DNA of 29,870 bases from a virus. Taxonomy: Duplodnaviria > Caudoviricetes. The position numbers and the translations under genes are program-made. How positions within the stretch are numbered: the stretch's first letter is position 1; the number at the start of each line of letters is the position of its first letter. This document shows positions 6,486 through 13,120 of this stretch, piece after piece. Where the stretch lies: positions 1 through 29,870 of IMG/VR virus record IMGVR_UViG_3300027772_000121, one strand, 5' to 3'. The notes beneath the pieces were generated by a model. That model did no database searches and was not told the origin of the DNA. It saw nothing but the letters and a program-made list of their open reading frames with translations.

Positions 6486-6904
6486 GCTGTCACCTTGTCG
6501 GCAATGGCCCAGCTTGCGGACTCGTAACCCTCCAGCCGTGGAATTGCGTCTGCAATAATTGCTTCAATCAGTTTAAACGCTATCGACTCTTCAAAATCAT
6601 CGCATTCATTTGATTGATATTTCAAGCAGTGAGCAGCTTTAATTGCCTGAATTGCCGTTAATATTGGTGCGCCAGGATCATAAGTTATTGTCATAACCTC
6701 ATTATCACTATAACGATAATTTACGCTTTTAACATTTTCGTCTAATAATATTTGAGCAATGGCTTGCTCATTATCGTAAGTTTTTAACTGCTCTTTTCCA
6801 AACGGGAAACCTAATTGCCTGTTGAAAAAAACTGATAACTTATGCCGTGAGGCATATCGAACCAGAGCATTAATGTGTGTGTCGGTGACGATGAAAGCTG
6901 ACAT
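6482..6904 (-). CDS. early-region conserved hypothetical protein
   Basis: MSAFIVTDTHINAL...ENVKSVNYRY...CLKYQSNE, a recurring phage family; AAGGCG RBS. Confidence 0.8.
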   Translation of the reverse strand: MSAFIVTDTHINALVRYASRHKLSVFFNRQLGFPFGKEQLKTYDNEQAIAQILLDENVKSVNYRYSDNEVMTITYDPGAPILTAIQAIKAAHCLKYQSNECDDFEESIAFKLIEAIIADAIPRLEGYESASWAIADKVTA

Positions 6905-6985
6905 TTTGAACGCCTTTTGAAAAGTTAATGAATCCCCAAGCCAAAGCCCAGGCCAAAGGGGACATAATCCCCTTGAGCCTTGATT

Positions 6986-7132
6986 TTATTTTTGGAATAC
7001 TTGGCAAATGCAGCCGCGCTTGAGCATCAGAGACAGAAACCCAAGGGCTTTTGTAATTGATGAAAATTCGATCCTTGACCAATCGCTAGGGTCGGTCGGG
7101 CTTACAAATTTAACAATATAGGTATGTTTCAT
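6986..7132 (-). CDS. hypothetical protein (48 aa), not in the ORF track
   Basis: MKHTYIVKFVSPTDPSDWSRIEFSSITKALGFLSLMLKRGCICQVFQK; GAAAGGCT RBS. Confidence 0.65.
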   Translation of the reverse strand: MKHTYIVKFVSPTDPSDWSRIEFSSITKALGFLSLMLKRGCICQVFQK

Positions 7133-7146
7133 TTTATTTAAGCCTT

Positions 7147-7227
7147 TCAGTATGTCCAAAGAATGAAAGCCAAGGCCATGAAAGCCAAGGCCGAACCGAT
7201 AACTACAATTTTGTCTTGATAATCCAT
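7147..7227 (-). CDS. 26-aa single-transmembrane micropeptide MDYQDKIVVIGSALAFMALAFILWTY
   Basis: Fills the gap between genes; ATAGGTG RBS; about 18 hydrophobic residues. Confidence 0.6.
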   Translation of the reverse strand: MDYQDKIVVIGSALAFMALAFILWTY

Positions 7228-7228
7228 G

Positions 7229-7420
7229 TTATGCACCTATGGATTTAGAATAATCATATTGTTGTTGCGCCCACTTATCTATTGAGACAATATCCCGATC
7301 GTATTGGTCTTGATTGATCTGGTTTGTCAGCAAATGACGATCTAATCGATCAATGGCGCATGAAACCTTGCGCTCTATTTGATCTTCAGTAAGTGCTTGG
7401 GGTGATGTTTGTTGATTCAT
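7229..7420 (-). CDS. early-region hypothetical protein
   Basis: Start moved to ATG 7420 because of the AATAGGCT RBS and the upstream promoter; LTEDQIERKV...DRLD motif. Confidence 0.7.
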   Translation of the reverse strand: MNQQTSPQALTEDQIERKVSCAIDRLDRHLLTNQINQDQYDRDIVSIDKWAQQQYDYSKSIGA

Positions 7421-7450
7421 ATAAAAGCCTATTGATTGAATGATTGTTGA

Positions 7451-7493
7451 ATGGTAGGGGCAAAATGCCCCCATGCAATTAGGATAAACCCTA
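7451..7493 (-). promoter_or_regulatory. promoter: box TAGGATAAACCCTA (7480-7493), -35 TTGCAT, -10 TACCAT
   Basis: 23-nt box-to--10 gap; GGGGC/GCCCC inverted repeat in the spacer. Confidence 0.7.
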
Positions 7494-7494
7494 G

Positions 7495-7620
7495 TTATCT
7501 GTAAAAATACAATTGTGCGTTTTGCTCACAATCCCTTGGAGTTGACCCCCAATATTTTCTACCAGTGGCATAACCAGTGATAAACCAGTTACCAGTGATT
7601 AGGCATTTTGTAGGTTTCAT
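7495..7620 (-). CDS. hypothetical protein (41 aa), not in the ORF track
   Basis: MKPTKCLITGNWFITGYATGRKYWGSTPRDCEQNAQLYFYR; AGGGG RBS. Confidence 0.6.
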   Translation of the reverse strand: MKPTKCLITGNWFITGYATGRKYWGSTPRDCEQNAQLYFYR

Positions 7621-7632
7621 ATTGGCCCCTGG

Positions 7633-7932
7633 TTATTGAATCGGGTCGGTTTGCGAGATATGGAATACAGTTACAGAACGGCATAACTTATCGGGTTTGC
7701 CATCTTTATTGGTTTCGATCCAAGTGACACATTTAACGCCCGTTTCATACCTACGCACTTGGCGACCTAGGGCTTGCCAAGCGTTATAAGTGAAGATATT
7801 TACCCTTGGCATAATGTCATTGTGGGCTATGCCCTTGGCTGCAAAGCCTTGCACGATAGCAGGGTAATTTAAGAGTGAATCCCCTTGTTTAGCACGATTA
7901 AGGGAATCGATTGATTGTGTGATTTTATCCAT
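7633..7932 (-). CDS. ArdC-like N-terminal ssDNA-binding domain protein (putative anti-restriction)
   Basis: FTYNAWQALGRQVRRYETG...VFHISQT matches the ArdC/DUF1738 TyxqW..G..V.kGe...VF..sQt pattern. Confidence 0.75.
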   Translation of the reverse strand: MDKITQSIDSLNRAKQGDSLLNYPAIVQGFAAKGIAHNDIMPRVNIFTYNAWQALGRQVRRYETGVKCVTWIETNKDGKPDKLCRSVTVFHISQTDPIQ

Positions 7933-7964
7933 GATGTTAACGCCTATTGAGTGAGTGAGTTTAA

Positions 7965-8008
7965 ATTTTAGGGGCGATTAAGCCCCTTGGAAATAGGGAC
8001 AAACCCTA
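7965..8008 (-). promoter_or_regulatory. promoter: box TAGGGACAAACCCTA (7994-8008) with -10 TAAAAT
   Basis: 23-nt gap; GGGGC/GCCCC inverted repeat in the spacer. Confidence 0.75.
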
Positions 8009-8009
8009 G

Positions 8010-8207
8010 TTAAATGTGCTCAGGATGATCGGGATAATATTCTGTTTCACTTATGTCCCAGGCAACAATCCATTGGCCATCGCGGGTTTTACCCATGAGA
8101 TAAGGGGTTTGGTGGAAAAAAGCCCCTTCAATTGAGAAGTCAACAAAGTCACAATCGGGCAGGGTTTTCAGATAATTGAGTGCTTGCAGTGCGGTTTGGG
8201 GATACAT
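8010..8207 (-). CDS. early-region hypothetical protein
   Basis: Start at ATG 8207 after GAAGGA. Confidence 0.7.
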   Translation of the reverse strand: MYPQTALQALNYLKTLPDCDFVDFSIEGAFFHQTPYLMGKTRDGQWIVAWDISETEYYPDHPEHI

Positions 8208-8209
8208 GG

Positions 8210-8407
8210 TTAATCCTTCAAAAGTGCGCGGCACAATGCGTCAGATTCATCATTGTCGATGGCGGTTCTGAGTGCATCAACGTATTCATTAAATTGAAGA
8301 TGATCGAACCTGAGTAACTTGCCACCTGATTTATGGGTTGACTCGACAATTAAGCCTGATGTACTTAAGTGCGCGGCATAGTGGCTAGATTTATGAATAG
8401 TTAACAT
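8210..8407 (-). CDS. first early-region hypothetical protein
   Basis: ORF track; AATAGGTG RBS. Confidence 0.75.
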   Translation of the reverse strand: MLTIHKSSHYAAHLSTSGLIVESTHKSGGKLLRFDHLQFNEYVDALRTAIDNDESDALCRALLKD

Positions 8408-8436
8408 GTGACACCTATTAAGTTGATTGAATGAAC

Positions 8437-8507
8437 CACTAGGTTTGTTGTCCTAGTGCACTAATAATAACGCCATCACCCATGCAAAGATATAGGGATA
8501 AACCCTA
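8437..8507 (-). promoter_or_regulatory. main early promoter: box TAGGGATAAACCCTA (8493-8507), -10 TATTAT (8464-8469), 5' hairpin CACTAGG/CCTAGTG
   Basis: 23-nt gap; perfect 7-bp stem at 8437-8458. Confidence 0.75.
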
Positions 8508-8524
8508 GGTTCCCCCATTATTTA

Positions 8525-8745
8525 TATAGGTGCTTACCATATGAACCATAATGTATTAAGATAACAATCTATGTTCTAGTATAGTGTATACAATCCTGTG
8601 TACGATTGTGTGTACAGTAGGTCTACCCGAAAGGGTGCTTATGCAATTTACGCATAACCGTCCGACTGGTCGGTTAATTAATTCTCAGGGTTTACCCTTA
8701 CTCGTTTACCCGTAAGTACATACCCTGTGTTGTAGTGGCGCAACA
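8525..8745. promoter_or_regulatory. dense array of distinct operator-like palindromes
   Basis: TGTATACA, ACCC-GAAA-GGGT, TTATGC-N7-GCATAA, CCGAC-N2-GTCGG, TTAATTAA, AGGG-N4-CCCT, CTTAC-N10-GTAAG, TGTTG-N8-CAACA, mostly abutting. Confidence 0.55.
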
Positions 8746-8750
8746 ATGAT

Positions 8751-8767
8751 GGGGGGGGAGGGGGTGG
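8751..8767 (+). other. G8-A-G5 tract (G-quadruplex-prone; possible terminus or packaging landmark)
   Basis: GGGGGGGGAGGGGGTGG in the non-coding hub upstream of the terminase genes. Confidence 0.45.
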
Positions 8768-8876
8768 TCGTGGTGTGAGAGATTTTGTGGTGCCTCCCAC
8801 CCACAAGAAAAGCCAACCTAGGATTACCTACAAAAATGACTAGCTTTTATTGGGAAGGGAGTAGGTGCTACAGACA

Positions 8877-9147
8877 TTAAGAAGTACAGACGATAGCCAT
8901 TACCCGTGTAGGGTGGTACTTCTTAAAGAAGTGAGCCTCTTGTTTATACGCTTGATAGCGTGAACTTGCGTTCCTAGGCGACAACTGTTGTTTGTCAGAC
9001 AACCTTTGTACAAGCTACTTTGCCCCGTTCAGGTAGTCCCTGGCGCTATCTCAGCGTTGAGGGAGTCCTACTAGAAACTCGCCTGATTTGCCATGTTTAT
9101 CCCACTTGGTCGGCTCAACCGCATGGAGGGCTGGGTTATGGCCCCGT
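8877..9147 (-). ncRNA. candidate ~270-nt structured ncRNA
   Basis: Consensus-like promoter TTGACA-17-TACATT directly upstream; nested stems, a GCAA tetraloop and an 11-bp terminal stem; no credible ORF. Confidence 0.55.
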
Positions 9148-9151
9148 GAAG

Positions 9152-9202
9152 AATGTACTAGGGTTTACCCCACTTGTCAAATAAAAGAAACTGAGTTACA
9201 TT
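9152..9202. promoter_or_regulatory. overlapping back-to-back sigma70 promoters with box TAGGGTTTACCCCA (9159-9172)
   Basis: - strand TTGACA (9175-9180)-17-TACATT (9152-9157); + strand TTGTCA (9174-9179)-17-TACATT (9197-9202). Confidence 0.8.
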
Positions 9203-9208
9203 GTTGTT

Positions 9209-9400
9209 GCCAAGACGCATGGAGATTGAATGGTTCAAGCAGTTGCCGACTTAGGTCTTGCGCTGCCTCTGGTAATTCCTCCACAGTCTCCAGCCGTGTT
9301 GGTGGAATAAATGGTTCTGTGTACGGCGCAGAATGAGGGTAGGAAGTGCCTACCAAGAGTTTCTGGAGATGAGCGCCCAGACTGCTGACAACCTACTTCC
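9209..9400 (+). ncRNA. structured leader RNA of the packaging/late operon
   Basis: Long stem 9209-9228/9284-9303 starting at the predicted TSS, then hairpins at 9315-9333, 9338-9354 and 9362-9381. Confidence 0.5.
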
Positions 9401-9415
9401 ATAACTGGGTAAAGT

Positions 9416-9808
9416 ATGAATGTGATTGATGCACTGCCAAACAACCTAAAGAAAAAGGGTCGCCCCAAAGGTGCTGTGAACAAGAAGTTCACTATGGCTA
9501 CCTATGCTGAAAGACCTGCGGCTCTCCTGCCAAAGACTGAAGTTCAGCGCATCAAAGAACTCAAAGACCTCCTGATAAACAGTGCAGGTTCCAATGTTGT
9601 TCACAAAGCAATTGAGATTGCCATGAATGATGAACACCCAGCACAGGCGGCTATGCTCAAACTCTGTATGGATAGGATGCTTCCTGTCAGTCTGTTTGAG
9701 AAAGAAGGCAAGCAAAGGAATGCCGTTACCATCAACATCACAGGCATTGGTGGCGTAGAGATAGAACCCTTGCAAGATGTGACTGATGTAGAAACAAAAA
9801 ATGTCTGA
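9416..9808 (+). CDS. terS: putative terminase small subunit
   Basis: Directly upstream of and overlapping TerL; KKKGRPKG basic hook, helical core, C-terminal beta strand. Confidence 0.65.
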   Translation: MNVIDALPNNLKKKGRPKGAVNKKFTMATYAERPAALLPKTEVQRIKELKDLLINSAGSNVVHKAIEIAMNDEHPAQAAMLKLCMDRMLPVSLFEKEGKQRNAVTINITGIGGVEIEPLQDVTDVETKNV

Positions 9809-11060
9809 CCTCAACTTCTCACTCCTTCCTTGGCAACAAACAGTCTTTACTGACAAAACAAGGTTTAAGGTTGTGGCTGCGGGTAGGCGTTGTGGTAAGT
9901 CTAGGTTAGCGGCTACTACGCTAATTATTGAAGCATTGCGTTGCCCAGCAGGAAGTGCTGTTCTCTATGTTGCGCCTACCAATGGTCAGGCTAGGCAGAT
10001 CATTTGGGATGTGTTGTTGGAGATTGGACGGGATGTTATCCAGAACAGTCACATCAACAATATGGATATCACCATGATAAATGGTGCAAAGATTTATGTT
10101 CGTGGTGCTGATAGACCAGATACCCTGCGGGGTGTGTCCCTTACCTATGCGGTGCTAGACGAGGTTGCGGACATTAAGCCTGAAGCCTGGGAGCAAGTCA
10201 TCAGGGCTTCTCTGTCAGACAAAAAAGGCAGAGCCATATTCATCGGCACACCCAAGGGTCGCAACTGGTTCTATGATCTATTCAAGCTGGGGCAATCTGG
10301 AGATGATCCTGATTGGAAGTCCTGGCACTTCACAACCCAAGACAACCCATTGATAGACCCAACTGAGATTGAGTCTGCCAAGAAGACGCTAAGTTCTTTT
10401 GCTTTCAAGCAGGAATACTTGGCATCCTTTGACAACGCAGGAAGTGATGTTTTTAAAGAAGATTGGATCAAATATGGTGTGGAACCTGAGTATGGTAGTT
10501 ACTTCATTGCAATCGACTTGGCAGGATTTGAAGAAGTGGCTAAACAAGCTGCTAACGCGAAAAAAAGACTAGATGAGAGTGCCATTGCAGTGGTCAAGGT
10601 CACTGATGATGGCAAGTGGTTTGTCAAAGAGATTGACCATGGGCGGTGGGACATTCGGGAAACTGCTGCCAAAATCCTGATGAAGATGCGGGATTACAGG
10701 CCAATTTCGGTGGGAATCGAGCGTGGTGCACTTAAAAACGCTGTTTTGCCCTACCTCAGTGACTTGATGCGGAAAAATAATGTATATTCCCACATAGTTG
10801 ACCTAACGCATGGCAACAGGAAAAAGACAGACAGAATCATCTGGAGTCTCCAAGGGCGGTTTGAGCATGGGCGTATTGTGCTGAACTCTGAAGAAGATTG
10901 GGACGCATTCACCGATCAACTCTTGATGTTTCCTGCCAATGGCGTACATGATGACCTTCCTGATGCTTTGAGTTATATCGATCAATTGGCTGTAACATCT
11001 TACTTTGAGGCCGAAGAAGATGAAGAGTGGGAGCCTGTAGACATCATATCGGGGGTTTAA
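9801..11060 (+). CDS. terL: terminase large subunit
   Basis: Walker A AGRRCGKS, Walker B YAVLDE, GTPKG coupling motif, nuclease motifs IAIDLAG and HDDLPDALSY. Confidence 0.95.
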   Translation: MSDLNFSLLPWQQTVFTDKTRFKVVAAGRRCGKSRLAATTLIIEALRCPAGSAVLYVAPTNGQARQIIWDVLLEIGRDVIQNSHINNMDITMINGAKIYVRGADRPDTLRGVSLTYAVLDEVADIKPEAWEQVIRASLSDKKGRAIFIGTPKGRNWFYDLFKLGQSGDDPDWKSWHFTTQDNPLIDPTEIESAKKTLSSFAFKQEYLASFDNAGSDVFKEDWIKYGVEPEYGSYFIAIDLAGFEEVAKQAANAKKRLDESAIAVVKVTDDGKWFVKEIDHGRWDIRETAAKILMKMRDYRPISVGIERGALKNAVLPYLSDLMRKNNVYSHIVDLTHGNRKKTDRIIWSLQGRFEHGRIVLNSEEDWDAFTDQLLMFPANGVHDDLPDALSYIDQLAVTSYFEAEEDEEWEPVDIISGV

Positions 11061-13120
11061 TGGCAACAGATAAGCAAGAAAAGCTAGAACAAGGTGAGTT
11101 TTATGAGCCTACACAGGCTGATAAAGACCTGACTGATTTTGTTACTGACCATTGCAACCGCTGGCGTGATTGGAGAGACACCAACTACCTGCCTGATTAT
11201 CTGGAATACGAGCGAATCTTTCGTGGTCAGTGGGCATCTGAAGACAAAACCCGTGAGTCTGAGCGTTCACGCATCGTAACCCCTGCCACCCAACAAGCCG
11301 TTGAGACTCGCCATGCTGAGATCATGGAAGCTATCTTTGGGCAAGGCGAGTTCTTTGACATTCAAGATGACATTCGGGATGTGAATAACAACCCCATTGA
11401 TGTTGGAGTCTTAAAAGCCCAGTTGATGGAAGATTTCAAGCGGGACAAGATTCGTAAATCCATTGATGCCATTGAATTGATGGCAGAAATCTACGGCACA
11501 GGCATTGGCGAGATTGTCGTTAAGACTGAAAAGCAGTTTGTACCCTCTACTCAGGCAATTCCTGGGCAAATGGGCCAAGCCGCCATTGGAGTTGTGGAAA
11601 AAGAGCGTATTTCAGTCAGAATTTCACCTGTAAATCCAAAAAACTTTCTTTTTGACCCGAACGGTACTTCAGTCGATGACTGTATGGGGGTGGCAATTGA
11701 GAAGTACATCTCTATTCACAAGATTGTTGAAGGCATTGAGCGTGGAATCTACCGCAAAGTAGACATTACGCCCACTTATGAAGATACCGATTTAGAACCC
11801 ACCCAAGAAGTGAGCCAGTACCAGGATGAAAAGGTATTGTTGCTGACCTACTATGGCTTGGTTCCCCGTGAGTACTTAGAGAACCTTGAAGAGAACAAGA
11901 ATATTGTTGATTTGTTTCCTGAGAGTTCCGCTGCTGAAGAATATTCAGACATGGTTGAGGCCATTGTCGTAATTGCCAACGATGGGCAGTTGCTCAAAGC
12001 AGAGGCAAATCCTTACATGATGAAGGATCGCCCTGTTCTAACCTATCAAGATGACACTGTTCCCAATCGTCTGCTTGGGCGTGGCACAGTGGAAAAAGCC
12101 TTCAATATGCAAAAGGCTATTGATGCTCAGATTCGTTCCCACTTGGATTCATTGGCGCTGACCACCAGCCCCATGATTGCAATGGATGCAACCCGTCTGC
12201 CCCGTGGTGCTAAGTTTGAAGTCAAGCCTGGAAAGGCCATTCTCACCAATGGCGCACCTTCAGAGATTCTCTATCCCTTCAAGTTTGGGCAGACTGATGG
12301 CAACAACCTAGCAACTGCCAAGGATTTCGAACGTATGCTCCTGCAATCCACAGGAACTTTGGATTCTCAAGGCATGGTCAGTGCTGGTGCTAGAGACATG
12401 GGCCAAGGCGGTATGTCTATGGCAGTTGCCACCATCATCAAGAAGTACAAGCGTACTCTGGTAAACTTCCAAGAAGACTTCCTGATCCCCTTCATTCAGA
12501 AGGCGGCTTTTAGGTATATGCAGTTTGACCCAGAGCGTTACCCCTCTGTAGACATGACTTTCATTCCTACTGCAACTCTGGGCATCATTGCCCGTGAGCA
12601 TGAGCAACAGATGTTCATTGGGTTGCTTCAGACTCTTGGCCCTAACACTCCTGTGTTGCCATTGATTCTCAAAGGTGTTTTGGCTAATTCTTCACTGACC
12701 AACCGCTATGAACTGATGGAGCAGTTGGACAAGATGAGCCAACCTAATCCTGAAGCACAGCAAATGGCTCAGATGCAACAGCAGTTGGCTATGCAAGCTG
12801 CACAGGCTCAAATTGCTGTTAATACGACTCAAGCTGAACAGAATCGGGCAGAGGCTCAGAAGTTATCAATTGAAGCACAGTTGATGCCTCAAGAAGTGCA
12901 AGCCAAGAACATGGCGGCAATGACCAAGAACCTGCCAAACCAAGATGATGCTGGTTCAAAAGAGTTTGACAAGCGGGTTAAGATTGCTGAATTGATGCTG
13001 AAAGAAGCTGATATTAAGAACAAGTCCAAGATTGTTGAGTTGCAAATGGCTGACAAGAAGGGCAAAATGTCGAGCGTTGAAGATGAGTTTCTCAATCGTC
13101 TTTCCAGGGAATTGACCTAA
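11060..13120 (+). CDS. portal protein (long podovirus type with Q-rich helical C-terminal extension)
   Basis: Follows TerL through a TAATG overlap; YGTGIGEI and GRGTVE...QKAID motifs; about 686 aa. Confidence 0.9.
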   Translation: MATDKQEKLEQGEFYEPTQADKDLTDFVTDHCNRWRDWRDTNYLPDYLEYERIFRGQWASEDKTRESERSRIVTPATQQAVETRHAEIMEAIFGQGEFFDIQDDIRDVNNNPIDVGVLKAQLMEDFKRDKIRKSIDAIELMAEIYGTGIGEIVVKTEKQFVPSTQAIPGQMGQAAIGVVEKERISVRISPVNPKNFLFDPNGTSVDDCMGVAIEKYISIHKIVEGIERGIYRKVDITPTYEDTDLEPTQEVSQYQDEKVLLLTYYGLVPREYLENLEENKNIVDLFPESSAAEEYSDMVEAIVVIANDGQLLKAEANPYMMKDRPVLTYQDDTVPNRLLGRGTVEKAFNMQKAIDAQIRSHLDSLALTTSPMIAMDATRLPRGAKFEVKPGKAILTNGAPSEILYPFKFGQTDGNNLATAKDFERMLLQSTGTLDSQGMVSAGARDMGQGGMSMAVATIIKKYKRTLVNFQEDFLIPFIQKAAFRYMQFDPERYPSVDMTFIPTATLGIIAREHEQQMFIGLLQTLGPNTPVLPLILKGVLANSSLTNRYELMEQLDKMSQPNPEAQQMAQMQQQLAMQAAQAQIAVNTTQAEQNRAEAQKLSIEAQLMPQEVQAKNMAAMTKNLPNQDDAGSKEFDKRVKIAELMLKEADIKNKSKIVELQMADKKGKMSSVEDEFLNRLSRELT

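Noticed and set aside
6870-7082. 70-aa ORF from the track
   Set aside because: TTG start without an RBS. The alternative-frame ORF 6986-7132 has an ATG and the local RBS motif.
8596-8617. CTGT...ACAG as a LexA SOS box
   Set aside because: The spacer is 14 nt, not the 8 nt of CTGT-N8-ACAG
8408-9415. tRNA or tmRNA genes in the non-coding hub
   Set aside because: No cloverleaf with a T-loop GTTCRA and acceptor stem could be built by eye
9088-9492. ORFs 9088-9336 (+) and 9235-9492 (-)
   Set aside because: No SD, atypical composition, and they run across clear promoters and RNA stems
11027-11059. Longer portal start at 11027 (likewise the track starts 16694, 19109, 20068, 7474, 8234)
   Set aside because: Downstream ATGs with an SD or stop/start coupling fit better
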